A DNA stretch of 64,000 nt from a bacterium (GTDB taxonomy: Bacteria; Electryoneota; JAOADG01). This document shows, piece after piece, positions 29,656-39,840 of this stretch (positions within the stretch are counted from its first letter, which is position 1; each line of letters begins with the position of its first letter). Both the position numbers and the translations under genes were made by a program. The stretch covers positions 800,001-864,000 of the forward strand of contig OY820579.1 of the NCBI GenBank assembly GCA_963681965.1, in the 5' to 3' direction. The notes below the pieces were generated by a model. It made no database searches, was not told where the DNA came from, and saw only the letters and a list, made by a program, of their open reading frames with translations.

Positions 29656-30645
29656 ATGAAACACATCCTACTTGCTGCAATCTTTTTGCTGCTAGCCGCT
29701 GGCTGCGGCACCCTAAACCGCGACAATCCGAATGATCCCGGTAGCGACCGTTATTATCCTTATGGCAGCATTACTCTTGTCGCATTGAATCGTACCGGAA
29801 CACCGCTGGCTAATGTCCAAGTTAGAGTTGACAATATCTACAGTAAAACCGGAATCGACGGTAAAGCGACAATCGATAATATTCGATCCGGACGTCATTC
29901 AATTTCGATGTGGTCTGCGGTTTATGACACAATACAGGATACGAATGTAACTGTCGTTCCGGGTTCGACAACCGAATTGCGAAAACAGATGAATGGTATC
30001 CCGGTGTTCGATTCCGTTTTTGCCGTTAGCGAATTGCTCCCAAGCGGATCGCTTATTGAAACGAAAATGCATTTTTATGCGAAAGTGCACGACATTGACT
30101 ATTGGGATGTTCTACGAGTATGGCTGCAAGTCGCGAATTTCGACTATGAATTGACCTACTCATCGCGTGATTCTGCGTGGGTATATACTGCCGATACGCT
30201 TAATAATGGACAACTGGTGTATGATGTCGTCGGATTGCCGATGCGTTTTAAGGCGGTCGACAATCCATCCTCATCCTCGCAACTAACGCCGGCTATTTCC
30301 TATTCCAAGACGGTTTCGATTGCCCGGGTGTTCAATCAGCAACCGTATCTGCGGATTGCTCCGGAACCAATGTCACGGTACAATTTTCTGGTGGCTTGGA
30401 GCGATAGCCCGCGTAACAATTTTTCTTATACCATGCGCATCAAACTTTTTTCATTAAGTGATGTACTGTTAACCAATTATGTCTGGGTGCGTAGCAATAT
30501 TCCCTCGATGCCGGATTCGGTTGAATCGAATCTGACCAGCAGTTTCAATCACGGTAATTATTGGTTGGTGCTGGAAGAAGTGGATGCCTTTGGAAATTAT
30601 AGTTCTGCAGACAAAATCAAAGTATCGATTCTTGATAATAGATGA
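29656..30645 (+). CDS. Lipoprotein with carboxypeptidase-regulatory-like beta domain
   Basis: Lipobox LAAGC, RDNPNDP, PLANVQV..TGIDG. Its stop overlaps the start of the sigma54 activator. Confidence 0.75.
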   Translation: MKHILLAAIFLLLAAGCGTLNRDNPNDPGSDRYYPYGSITLVALNRTGTPLANVQVRVDNIYSKTGIDGKATIDNIRSGRHSISMWSAVYDTIQDTNVTVVPGSTTELRKQMNGIPVFDSVFAVSELLPSGSLIETKMHFYAKVHDIDYWDVLRVWLQVANFDYELTYSSRDSAWVYTADTLNNGQLVYDVVGLPMRFKAVDNPSSSSQLTPAISYSKTVSIARVFNQQPYLRIAPEPMSRYNFLVAWSDSPRNNFSYTMRIKLFSLSDVLLTNYVWVRSNIPSMPDSVESNLTSSFNHGNYWLVLEEVDAFGNYSSADKIKVSILDNR

Positions 30646-32165
30646 TGAGCGATGACAATATGATGCCTACTTCTGTACCACCCGTTCCCGACAATCAACT
30701 AGCGTTGCGGAGTGACCAGTTAAATTCGCTGCTGGAAATCAGCACACTGCTGAATGGAATCCACGATTTAAATGTGCTATTACCGAAAATTATGGATATG
30801 GCACTCGCACCGATCCAAGCTGAACGCGGTTTGATTGTACTGAAAGAAGGTACCGAATTTCGCGTCGCAGTCGCACGGTCCGTGCACGACGACGAAGGGG
30901 ATTTACTCGAGTATTCTTCATCGATCGTACGACGCGCAATGTCCGGGGAGGGCGCGATTCTCACGCACGACGCGCAAATCGATCCCCGGTTCAGCGGAGC
31001 GCAATCGGTGATTATGCAGCGCGTAACATCGGTGCTTTGCGTTCCCTTGATCGTGAAAGACCAGGTGGAGGGGGCAATTTATCTGGACTCCCGCCAAAAT
31101 CGAACGAAATTCACTCCAGAATCACTCGATTTCTTAAAGATTTTTGCCAACATTGCTGCGATATCGGTGCAGAACGCTCGCTTGGTTCAGGGATTGTCGT
31201 TGGAAAATGTTCGACTGCAAAGCGAAGTCGAGCGCACATACGCATTCAGTGAAATTATCGGCAACCATCCTCGAATGATCGAAACCTTCAAATTGATGGA
31301 TAAAATCAAAGACAGTAATATCTCGGTATTGATCGAAGGGGAAAGTGGAACCGGTAAAGAACTTGTTGCACGCGCTTTGCACTATTCGTCGATTCGCCGC
31401 AACAAACCATTCGTTGCACAGTTCTGCGGAAATTTATCGGAGAATCTGCTCGAATCCGAATTGTTCGGTCACCGGAAAGGGTCGTTTACCGGCGCGATCG
31501 CCGATAAAAAAGGGTTGCTGGAAATAGCCGATGGCGGTACTTTCTTCCTGGATGAAATTGCCGATATCTCACCGACGATTCAAGCCAAACTATTGCGGGT
31601 GATTCAAGATGGAATCGTTCGTCGGGTCGGTGATGTTACCGAACGGAAAGTCGATGTCAGAATCGTATCGGCGACCAATCGGTCGCTGAAAAAAGAGGTC
31701 GAGAAGGGTGCTTTTCGCGAGGATTTGTATTACCGCTTGAATGTTGTTTACATGCGTTTGCCGGCACTTCGCGAGCGGCGATCGGATATTCCGTTGCTGG
31801 TTCATCATTTACTTAAAAAATTCGCAACGCATAATGGCGACGAAAAGCCCAAACAGATCACGTCCGATGCAATGAAGCAACTCCTCGATTACGATTGGCC
31901 CGGAAATATTCGCGAACTTGGCAACACGATCGAGCGGTCATACGTGCTTTCGTCGCCAACGACCATTCGTGCCGAAGATTTATCGTTACCGCAACGCTCG
32001 GCAGATGGTTCGCCTCGACCCCGAACCATGAAAGATCACACTCGCGAAATAGTAGTTCGTACACTGGAAGAATGCGGAGGCAACCGCACACGCACTGCCG
32101 AAGTTCTAGATGTTTCGCTCCGCTGGTTGCACTACAAATTGAACGAATGGAAAATTGACGTCTGA
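30642..32165 (+). CDS. sigma54-dependent enhancer-binding protein (GAF-AAA+-Fis HTH)
   Basis: GAF (SVLCVPL..GAIYLD), GESGTGKE, ESELFGHRKGSFTGA, FFLDEI, FREDLYYRLN, WPGNIREL, GNRTRTAEVL. Confidence 0.95.
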   Translation: MMSDDNMMPTSVPPVPDNQLALRSDQLNSLLEISTLLNGIHDLNVLLPKIMDMALAPIQAERGLIVLKEGTEFRVAVARSVHDDEGDLLEYSSSIVRRAMSGEGAILTHDAQIDPRFSGAQSVIMQRVTSVLCVPLIVKDQVEGAIYLDSRQNRTKFTPESLDFLKIFANIAAISVQNARLVQGLSLENVRLQSEVERTYAFSEIIGNHPRMIETFKLMDKIKDSNISVLIEGESGTGKELVARALHYSSIRRNKPFVAQFCGNLSENLLESELFGHRKGSFTGAIADKKGLLEIADGGTFFLDEIADISPTIQAKLLRVIQDGIVRRVGDVTERKVDVRIVSATNRSLKKEVEKGAFREDLYYRLNVVYMRLPALRERRSDIPLLVHHLLKKFATHNGDEKPKQITSDAMKQLLDYDWPGNIRELGNTIERSYVLSSPTTIRAEDLSLPQRSADGSPRPRTMKDHTREIVVRTLEECGGNRTRTAEVLDVSLRWLHYKLNEWKIDV

Positions 32166-33912
32166 TACGGAGCAATTCTCACGGGTAGAACCGATCGGAA
32201 CATTAGGCGGTTACGAATTACTGGAAATCTTATCCCGGTCGATCGTAACAACGGTGTATCGTGGTTGGCAACCGTCGCTGAACCGACCGGTTTTGATCAA
32301 ACAACTCCACCCACAATTGGCGGCGGAGAAAGACATTCGCGCTCGATTTGAGCGCGAAGCCCGGGTTATTGCCAAAGTCCATCAAGACAATATTGTAAAC
32401 ATCTACGATTTCAGCGCCTCTCCCGAAGCGGTCTTCCTCGTTTTGGAATGGGTCGAAGGATATAACCTCAGCCAGATCTTCAAGCGCGGCGGCAACCTCC
32501 CGGCTCCAATCGCCAGTCTGATATTGCTAGAAATTCTCAAGGGTCTCGAAGTTGCTCACAACTACGAAGTAATTCACCGCGACATTAAACCAGAAAATAT
32601 CCTTGTCAGTAAAGATGGTCGGATCAAAATCTCCGATTTCGGATTGGCGCTGTTTAAAGATTCACCCTCAATCACGCAACAAGGCATGGTTATCGGTACC
32701 CCGTCATTTATGGCACCCGAGACGATTACCGGCGGTCTGGTCGACGCACGTACCGATTTATTCGCACTTGGCGCATCATTCTACGAATTATTGACCGGCG
32801 AACGCATCTTCTCCGGAAACACGTTTTCTGAAAGCTTGCATTTAGTACTGAACAAACAACCGGATAAACCTTCTAGTAAAATTCGCGAGATTCCACCGGA
32901 AATTGATAAACTGGTGATGCGAATGCTGGAAAAAGATTCCCGGCGACGATTTTCGAATGCTGCCGATGTGACCAAGCAGATGCACTCGATTCTGGCAACT
33001 TACAACTGGCCGGATAATCCACAACTAATTAAAGATTATATCGCCGACCCAGCTGGTTTTCGGTTACCGAAGCCGGTTCGATCGCCATTACGTAAAAGCA
33101 AACGATTCGTGATTTGGGGAGTGGTCTTGCTATTAGTAACGGCGGTTGCAATTATATTTCACAACTATTACCAGCGATTTGGCACTGGTATAAACGCGAT
33201 TGTGGCTGATTCTACGACTACTGTGAAACAGGATACAACATCCCAATCGATTGTGAACGATTCATTAAAAGAGATTACTTCAAAACCGGATCAACCGGTA
33301 ACACCGACTCCAGTTAAGCCACGCGATTCGATTAATCAAGCAACAAAAAATAATAATAAAGCTCCAGATTCTGGAAAGTCGGAAAAGAACGTTGCGACTA
33401 TCCCGGTGACGCCCAAACCGCTACCAAAAGTGAAGCCAGAGAAGCAAGTCGTCCCAGTTCCCCAACCACCGGTCGCAGCAAACGGTTTTTTGCGAATTTC
33501 CAGCACCCCGTGGGCAGTAGTGGAATGCAACGGGATCCGCGAAACATTGCCAATCAATCATTCATTGGAACTACCATCGGGTGAGCAAACGCTGGTCTTC
33601 AGTAACCCAAAATTTCCACGGATTGTTAAACGTGTGAATGTCGTGCCAAGCGAGACGACGAAAATCCACATAAATTTGTGGAGTGAAGTGGGTGCCATTC
33701 GAATCGGATCGATCCTGCCTTGGGCAGACATATATATTGAAGGGGTAAAAGTGGCGAGTACCCCGATCGCCGATCCAATTCCTGTGAAACCCGGCGACGT
33801 GACCGTGAAACTAGTAAATCCGAAATATCCACCCCATCAAATTCAACTCCATCTCGAACCGAATGAATCCTCCCCAAGGATTCAATGGGATTTCGAAAAT
33901 CCAACACCTTGA
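32155..33912 (+). CDS. Membrane Hanks-type Ser/Thr protein kinase with extracytoplasmic PEGA-like repeats
   Basis: VLIK, RFEREA, HRDIKPEN, DFG, GTPSFMAPE; TM helix; Pro-rich linker; two PWA..G..TP-type repeats. Confidence 0.93.
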   Translation: MTSDTEQFSRVEPIGTLGGYELLEILSRSIVTTVYRGWQPSLNRPVLIKQLHPQLAAEKDIRARFEREARVIAKVHQDNIVNIYDFSASPEAVFLVLEWVEGYNLSQIFKRGGNLPAPIASLILLEILKGLEVAHNYEVIHRDIKPENILVSKDGRIKISDFGLALFKDSPSITQQGMVIGTPSFMAPETITGGLVDARTDLFALGASFYELLTGERIFSGNTFSESLHLVLNKQPDKPSSKIREIPPEIDKLVMRMLEKDSRRRFSNAADVTKQMHSILATYNWPDNPQLIKDYIADPAGFRLPKPVRSPLRKSKRFVIWGVVLLLVTAVAIIFHNYYQRFGTGINAIVADSTTTVKQDTTSQSIVNDSLKEITSKPDQPVTPTPVKPRDSINQATKNNNKAPDSGKSEKNVATIPVTPKPLPKVKPEKQVVPVPQPPVAANGFLRISSTPWAVVECNGIRETLPINHSLELPSGEQTLVFSNPKFPRIVKRVNVVPSETTKIHINLWSEVGAIRIGSILPWADIYIEGVKVASTPIADPIPVKPGDVTVKLVNPKYPPHQIQLHLEPNESSPRIQWDFENPTP

Positions 33913-34041
33913 TCCGGGAACCAACGAGTTTGTTCGAGCGTAATATTTTATCGGGTTCTTCGATTCTTCTTGAGATATGCTTATTTTGGGTAGCATATAC
34001 AGCAATCGCATGTCCCAGAAGGAAACTCAAATAATCTCGAT

Positions 34042-35148
34042 ATGAACAAACGTTTTCGCATCCTGGTCGTTGACGATGAACCCGAAGTTCGAAGTGTCCT
34101 GAAGGAATTTCTGACTTCACTCGGCTACGAGATTGAGACCGCGTCGGATGGTTTCGAGGCGTGTCACAAGATCGATTTGGATATCGATCTCGTGTTGCTC
34201 GACCTGATGATGCCGGGTATGGATGGTTACGAAGTCTTGCGAACGATTCGTGCCAATCCACTTCATTCCGAGTTGCCGATCGTGGTTGTCACGGCAATTA
34301 CCGGTGTGCGTGAGCGTGTGATTGCACTCGAAGCCGGTGCCAGCGATTTTTTATCGAAACCGATCGAATTCACCGAATTGCGGGCTCGCGTCGCAAGTCT
34401 GTTGAAAATGAAGCAGGCGTTCGACCAAGTGAAGGGACATCGGGAAGAATTAGCGGCGACGGTTGCCAATCGAACGGCTCTTTTAATGCGCGCGATCGAC
34501 GATGCGGTATCGGCGGAGCGTCGATTACAGGAAGCACAACTCGAAACCATTCATCGATTGGTGCTGGCAACGGAATACCGTGATCGCGATACTGCCGGGC
34601 ATATTACTAGAATGAGTCATTTTTCGGCGATGCTAGCGCGATTGAAGGGTTTGGAATCAAGCGATATCAAACTGATTCTGCAGGCGAGTCCGATGCACGA
34701 TATTGGGAAAATATCGACACCGAACGAGATCTTGCTGAAACCCGGAAAATTGGATCCGGATGAGTGGAAGGTGATGCAGCAACATACGATTGTAGGGGCG
34801 CAGATGCTTACTCAATCGTCGTCGAAATTGTTGCAGGTCGGTGAAACGATCGCTTTGCACCATCACGAACGGTGGGATGGTAACGGATATCCGAACGGTA
34901 TTCAGGGGGAACAAATACCCTTGCATGCGCGGATTTGTTCGATTGCCGACGTATTCGATGCATTAACATCGGTACGACCCTATAAACCGGCGTTTTCGAA
35001 CGATAAATCGCTCGAGATTATTCAGCGGAATGCCGGTGGGCATTTCGATCCCGAGCTGGTTCAGATTTTCATCGAGAATATTCCCGAGATTGAAGCCATT
35101 CAAAATGCTGCACGGGAAATGTTCGCATTATCCAACCCGGTTCGATAA
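34042..35148 (+). CDS. Response regulator with intact HD-GYP c-di-GMP phosphodiesterase domain (RpfG-like)
   Basis: ILVVDD, LLDLMMPGMDG, KP; HDIGK, HHERWDGNGYP, DVFDAL..RPYK. Confidence 0.95.
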   Translation: MNKRFRILVVDDEPEVRSVLKEFLTSLGYEIETASDGFEACHKIDLDIDLVLLDLMMPGMDGYEVLRTIRANPLHSELPIVVVTAITGVRERVIALEAGASDFLSKPIEFTELRARVASLLKMKQAFDQVKGHREELAATVANRTALLMRAIDDAVSAERRLQEAQLETIHRLVLATEYRDRDTAGHITRMSHFSAMLARLKGLESSDIKLILQASPMHDIGKISTPNEILLKPGKLDPDEWKVMQQHTIVGAQMLTQSSSKLLQVGETIALHHHERWDGNGYPNGIQGEQIPLHARICSIADVFDALTSVRPYKPAFSNDKSLEIIQRNAGGHFDPELVQIFIENIPEIEAIQNAAREMFALSNPVR

Positions 35149-35312
35149 CGCGCCGGTTGTTGGAATCAAAATCTTAGTATACTTGATGTTGTATGTTGTA
35201 CTTCGCTCGACGGCAAATCGTCGTACTAATGACGGTGCCGACCTGTGAGCGAAGAGCGCTGATCGTATGCCCCTTGCAGGGTATATTAGTTCAACGATGA
35301 CGGGACCAAACT

Positions 35313-36272
35313 ATGATCAATATTAGCAACCTCGTAAAAAAATACGGTTCGTTTGCCGCAGTGGACGATATCAACTTCACTGTCGAACGGGGCGAGATTG
35401 TCGGTTTTCTGGGACCAAACGGAGCCGGTAAAACGACAACCATGAAAATGATCACCTGCTATATGTTGCCGACTTCCGGAACGATTTCAGTCGACGGTAT
35501 GGATGTGGCACGGCAATCGCTCGAAGTGCGTCGGAAAATCGGGTATATGCCGGAATCGGCACCGCTTTATCTCGACCTGAACGTCGTCGAATACCTGAAA
35601 TTGGCGGCGGAACTTCGTGGTGTGCCGAAAGATCGTCGCACTGTCCGGGTGAAAGAAATGGTCGAAGTGTGCAACCTTGGCGAAATGATTCGCAAACGTG
35701 TCGGCGAACTCTCGAAAGGTTTCCGACAGCGCCTGTGCCTCGCTCAATCGCTGATCCACGATCCCGAAATTCTGATTCTCGACGAACCGACTGTCGGTCT
35801 CGACCCGAATCAGATCGTGGAAATTCGATCGCTGATTAAGAAGCTGGGACAACGCAAGACGGTTATTCTTTCGACGCACATCTTGCCCGAAGTAGAAGCG
35901 ACTTGCGGTCGTATTGTCATTATTCATCGCGGTAAGATTGTCGCCGACGGTGCCACCGAGGATATCGTCGCACAATTCTCCGGATCGAGTCTGATCACGA
36001 TCGAATTCGCGCTTCCGACACCGCAGGCAGTCGATATGCTTCGACAGCAATCGAATATCGCTACGGTTCGGGAAGTTGGAAATGTTGCGGGTGGCGGCTG
36101 GCAATTGCGGATCGAAGGGCGCGAAGGACGAGATGTCCGACACGACCTGTTCCGGATGGCAGCGCAGAATGATTGGCCATTGATCGAGTTGCGTCGCGAA
36201 GGCGCTTCGCTCGAAAATGTCTTCCAGTCGTTGACCAGCGACACCGTGTCGCAGAAAACGAAAGCAGCGTAA
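35313..36272 (+). CDS. ABC transporter ATP-binding protein, GldA-like
   Basis: GPNGAGKTT, LSKGFRQR, ILDEPTVGLDPNQIVEIR, LSTHIL. Confidence 0.92.
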   Translation: MINISNLVKKYGSFAAVDDINFTVERGEIVGFLGPNGAGKTTTMKMITCYMLPTSGTISVDGMDVARQSLEVRRKIGYMPESAPLYLDLNVVEYLKLAAELRGVPKDRRTVRVKEMVEVCNLGEMIRKRVGELSKGFRQRLCLAQSLIHDPEILILDEPTVGLDPNQIVEIRSLIKKLGQRKTVILSTHILPEVEATCGRIVIIHRGKIVADGATEDIVAQFSGSSLITIEFALPTPQAVDMLRQQSNIATVREVGNVAGGGWQLRIEGREGRDVRHDLFRMAAQNDWPLIELRREGASLENVFQSLTSDTVSQKTKAA

Positions 36273-36347
36273 TTTTGCAACCGGCATCGAGTGTAAGTAC
36301 GAAGTCGGTACTTGCATCTTTCGAGTGCACATAACGAATGGTGAACT

Positions 36348-37055
36348 ATGAATAATGTTATTCCCCTTATGCGAAAGGAGTTGAAAACCTATTTCAACTC
36401 GCCGATTGCATACGTTGTAATCGGAGTCTTTCTGCTGGTTTCGGGGTGGTTCGTTTCGTCGAACATGTTCTTAGCGGGAACTGCCGATTTGCGCGTGTTT
36501 TTCCAAATCGCACCGCTGATTTTCATGTTTTTCGCGCCAGCCATCACGATGCGTCTGATCAGTGAAGAGAAGAAAACCGGAACGATCGAACTGTTAGTCA
36601 CGATGCCGATTCGCGACGAAGAGATCATTCTCGGTAAATTCTTGGCGGCATTGGTACTGCTCGCAACAGCTTTGCTGTTTACTTTACCGTTTGTCATTTT
36701 TCTGGTGTTTCTGGGCGATGTCGACAAGGGTCCGTTGATCGGCGGCTACGTCGGTTTGCTTTTTATGGGCGGTGCATACCTCGCGATCGGTTTGCTTGGT
36801 AGCTCATTGACTGAGAACCAAGTGGTCGCGTTTATCGTCGGACTAGGGATTTCGTTCCTCTTTTTCATGTTCGACAAGGTGTTAATGTATGTCCCCCCGT
36901 TCATTGGTGGAATTTTGCAGTATCTGGCGATGGATTACCACTTCGAGAACATCGGACGTGGCGTAATCGACAGCCGGAACGTGATCTACTATGTCAGCTT
37001 GATTGTCGTGATGTTGGCATCCTCGGTTGCGGTGCTGGAAGGACGGAAACGGTAA
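36348..37055 (+). CDS. ABC-2 permease, GldF-like
   Basis: KELKTYFNSPIAY, PAITMRLISEEKKTGTIELL; six TM segments. Confidence 0.9.
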   Translation: MNNVIPLMRKELKTYFNSPIAYVVIGVFLLVSGWFVSSNMFLAGTADLRVFFQIAPLIFMFFAPAITMRLISEEKKTGTIELLVTMPIRDEEIILGKFLAALVLLATALLFTLPFVIFLVFLGDVDKGPLIGGYVGLLFMGGAYLAIGLLGSSLTENQVVAFIVGLGISFLFFMFDKVLMYVPPFIGGILQYLAMDYHFENIGRGVIDSRNVIYYVSLIVVMLASSVAVLEGRKR

Positions 37056-37056
37056 T

Positions 37057-38631
37057 ATGAACAAACAACAGAATCCGTGGGTACGCGTAGTACTCATCGC
37101 AACGATCTTCGTCGTTGCCAATTTAGTAGCTTACCGACTGTTTATGCGGCTCGATTTAACGTCGAATCACGTCTATACATTAGCGAAAGCATCCAAGGAC
37201 GCCGTCGGTAAACTCGATAAGAAAATGATGATCAAGGCGTATTTTTCGCCGAATTTGCCGGCGCCGTACAATCAGAACGCAAAATATCTTCGCGATCTGC
37301 TCGACGATTATCGCGCGTACAGCAAAGGTAAAATGGAATACCAGTTTGTCGATCCGGGCGCGGAAGAGAAACTGGAAAAGGAAGCGAATAGCAACCAAAT
37401 TCCCCCGGTGCAAGTCGACATTATGCAGAATGACCGCGTCGAAGCCCGCAAAGTGTATATGGGTCTGGTGATTCTGTATGGCGACCAGCGTGAAACGATT
37501 CCAGTCGTGCAATCGTCGACCAACCTTGAATACGATTTGACAATTGCATTTCGCAAGCTGACGATGCAGAAGCAACCGATCGTCGGGTTCGTTACCGATG
37601 GCGGTACACCGCAGATGCAACAGGAATTGCGTCGCCTGTTGGGTTCGATGGAAAAAGGGTACAAGACCCGTCCGATTTCGTTGGCAAGTACGGTTCCGAA
37701 CGATGTCGATCTTCTAGTCATCATTCGACCGAATGGCGCATTCGAATCGAAGCACATTTTCAACCTCGATCAATTCCTAATGAATGGCGGAAAATTGTTG
37801 ATTGCCGCCGGTGCTGCTACTGCCGACTTGCAGCAGGGTACCGCGCGCAAAGTTGAAAATCCGATTTTCAACTGGATGAAATCATGTGGCTTTGGAATCG
37901 AAGATAACCTCGTCGGCGATGCCAAGTGCGGTTTCATTATGGTTACCCAGCAACAGGGATTTTTCCAGTTCCAGAATCAGATCAACTTTCCTTTCTTCCC
38001 GCAAGCGATCAATTTGAACAAATCGTTGCCGATCGTAAAGGATTTGCAGCAGCTCGACCTATTCTTCCCGTCGTCGGTCGATACCGTGTCGGCGAAGTCG
38101 CTCGGTCTGAAGGTGCAGGTCATTGCCAAGTCGACGGCGAAAGCATTGCAGCAGCGCGGTCGGTTCGATATCAATCCGTTGGCACGACGTACCGCAAAAG
38201 ATTTTGCCGAAGGTCCGTTCGCCTTCGCCGCCGCCTTCAGCGGAAAATTCCCGTCGTATTACAAGACTGCTCCAATGCCGTTCGATAGCATTGCCAATAA
38301 ACCACTCGGCGATGCTTCTTACGTCAAAGATTCGAAAGATACCCGCGTCGTCGTGATTGGCGAAGGTAACTTCATCACCGACACGTATCTGCAGAATCCC
38401 GGCAACCGCGCCTTCTTCCTGAACACGATTGACTGGCTGTCGCAAGACGAAAGTCTGTTGGAAATTCGTACGCGCGATGCCACCACCCGTCCGTTGAAGG
38501 ATGTATCCGCCGGTAGCAAATCGGCAATCAAATACGGTCTGATGTTGTCGCCGGTTGCCTTGTTGATCCTGTACGGAATTTGGCGCTGGCAGTCTTCGAA
38601 ACGTCGCAATGTTTGGGAGGATGCGGTATGA
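37057..38631 (+). CDS. GldG-family ABC auxiliary protein
   Basis: RLDLTSNHVYTL, AYFS, FVDP, NLEYDLT, DQFLMNGG, NRAFFLNTIDWL..LLEIR; C-terminal TM. Confidence 0.9.
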   Translation: MNKQQNPWVRVVLIATIFVVANLVAYRLFMRLDLTSNHVYTLAKASKDAVGKLDKKMMIKAYFSPNLPAPYNQNAKYLRDLLDDYRAYSKGKMEYQFVDPGAEEKLEKEANSNQIPPVQVDIMQNDRVEARKVYMGLVILYGDQRETIPVVQSSTNLEYDLTIAFRKLTMQKQPIVGFVTDGGTPQMQQELRRLLGSMEKGYKTRPISLASTVPNDVDLLVIIRPNGAFESKHIFNLDQFLMNGGKLLIAAGAATADLQQGTARKVENPIFNWMKSCGFGIEDNLVGDAKCGFIMVTQQQGFFQFQNQINFPFFPQAINLNKSLPIVKDLQQLDLFFPSSVDTVSAKSLGLKVQVIAKSTAKALQQRGRFDINPLARRTAKDFAEGPFAFAAAFSGKFPSYYKTAPMPFDSIANKPLGDASYVKDSKDTRVVVIGEGNFITDTYLQNPGNRAFFLNTIDWLSQDESLLEIRTRDATTRPLKDVSAGSKSAIKYGLMLSPVALLILYGIWRWQSSKRRNVWEDAV

Positions 38632-39671
38632 AGTGGAATAACCGAACACTAGTGATTGTGCTCGGCGTATTGGCAATCATTCTAATCGCATTGCTGATCA
38701 AAGATCGTAGTGTGAATCGCGCCGATGAAATCTTTTTATCGATCGACAGTGCAAAGGTGACAGAGATTTCCATCAAATCGACGATGGGAAATGCGTTGAT
38801 TCGCAAAGAGGGCAACGAGTGGCGTTTGAAAGAACCAAAAGACGCACCGATGCAGAAGTATCCAATTCAATCGTTGCTGCAGTCGCTTGACACGATGGAA
38901 GTCGAGTATGTCGTAACCGACGAACGGGCAAAGTGGAAAGATTACCAAGTCGACGATTCCAGCGGTGCCCATGTCACTGTGAAAACCGGCAAGGAGACTT
39001 ACCAGTTTATCGTTGGTAGCCTCGGTCCAACTTGGCGACATACTCACATGCGGAAGCAGGACAACGATAAGGTTTATCTTGTGAAAGGGGCAATCCGGTC
39101 GAATATCGTCAAGAATCCCAACGACTGGCGAGATCGAACCGTGTTTATGTTCAATCCCGATTCACTCGGTAAAATGGAAGTATTGTTTCCCGACAAGAAA
39201 GATTGCTACGAACTGGCGAAAGTCGATTCCGAATGGGTTACGACACCGACATCAGGTAAGAAATTTAAGCCCGATGGCAATGCCGTACTCGGAATCGTAA
39301 ATGGCGTGCTCAAGCTATCGATCGGTGAATTTTTATCCGATTCGGCGGCACAGAAAATCGATTGGACGAAACCGTTGGTACGCTTCGCGTTCGAGATGAA
39401 AGATGGCAGTAAACACAATGTCGCTTTCTTCGAAAACGCCGCCAACGCGCAACAGTTTGCGTTCAAAGCCGATGCCAACAGCGAACCGTATGCCACTTGG
39501 AAAGGTTCCTACGATATGATGGCGAAGAAGGCGGAGGATCTCAAACCTGAGGTGGTCGCCAAACGTCAAAAGCGTGAAGCCGAGGGAATGAAGAAAGCTA
39601 AATCCGCTATTGGTAAGCACGACGCCAAAGAACCGAAGGCACCAAAGCCGAATAAAGCAACCTCTAAATAG
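38628..39671 (+). CDS. DUF4340-domain protein
   Basis: N-terminal TM; W....P..A..., VG......R....VYLV..WRDRTV. Typical fourth gene after gldG; ATGA overlap. Confidence 0.8.
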   Translation: MKWNNRTLVIVLGVLAIILIALLIKDRSVNRADEIFLSIDSAKVTEISIKSTMGNALIRKEGNEWRLKEPKDAPMQKYPIQSLLQSLDTMEVEYVVTDERAKWKDYQVDDSSGAHVTVKTGKETYQFIVGSLGPTWRHTHMRKQDNDKVYLVKGAIRSNIVKNPNDWRDRTVFMFNPDSLGKMEVLFPDKKDCYELAKVDSEWVTTPTSGKKFKPDGNAVLGIVNGVLKLSIGEFLSDSAAQKIDWTKPLVRFAFEMKDGSKHNVAFFENAANAQQFAFKADANSEPYATWKGSYDMMAKKAEDLKPEVVAKRQKREAEGMKKAKSAIGKHDAKEPKAPKPNKATSK

Positions 39672-39693
39672 TTCTTAGTATTTAATTATCAAG

Positions 39694-39732
39694 AATCAAC
39701 GGACGTACTAAGGTGCGTCCGTTGATTTATTT
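39694..39732 (+). terminator. Intrinsic terminator
   Basis: AATCAACGGACG..CGTCCGTTGATT followed by TATTT. Confidence 0.7.
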
Positions 39733-39786
39733 AGACCCAAAAAACGATTCTGCTCAACCACTCCTGAAAGTAAATCGATAAATCGC

Positions 39787-39814
39787 TCAAGTTATTTCAT
39801 TTACCTGCCGATAT
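39787..39814 (+). promoter_or_regulatory. sigma28 (FliA/SigD)-like promoter
   Basis: TCAA (39787-39790), 16-nt spacer, GCCGATAT (39807-39814). Confidence 0.5.
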
Positions 39815-39840
39815 GAGATTTGGAGGAATTTAGGCAGGCG

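Noticed and set aside
35205-35250. c-di-GMP-I riboswitch suggested by GGCAAA upstream of the GldA-like gene
   Set aside because: Lacks the GNRA-capped P2 and GACGCAAAGC elements; only a simple hairpin.
35487-36332. 281-aa antisense ORF (and many similar shadow ORFs, e.g. 11352-11990, 15470-16126, 33626-34261)
   Set aside because: Antisense to well-supported genes; no motifs; explained by codon bias.
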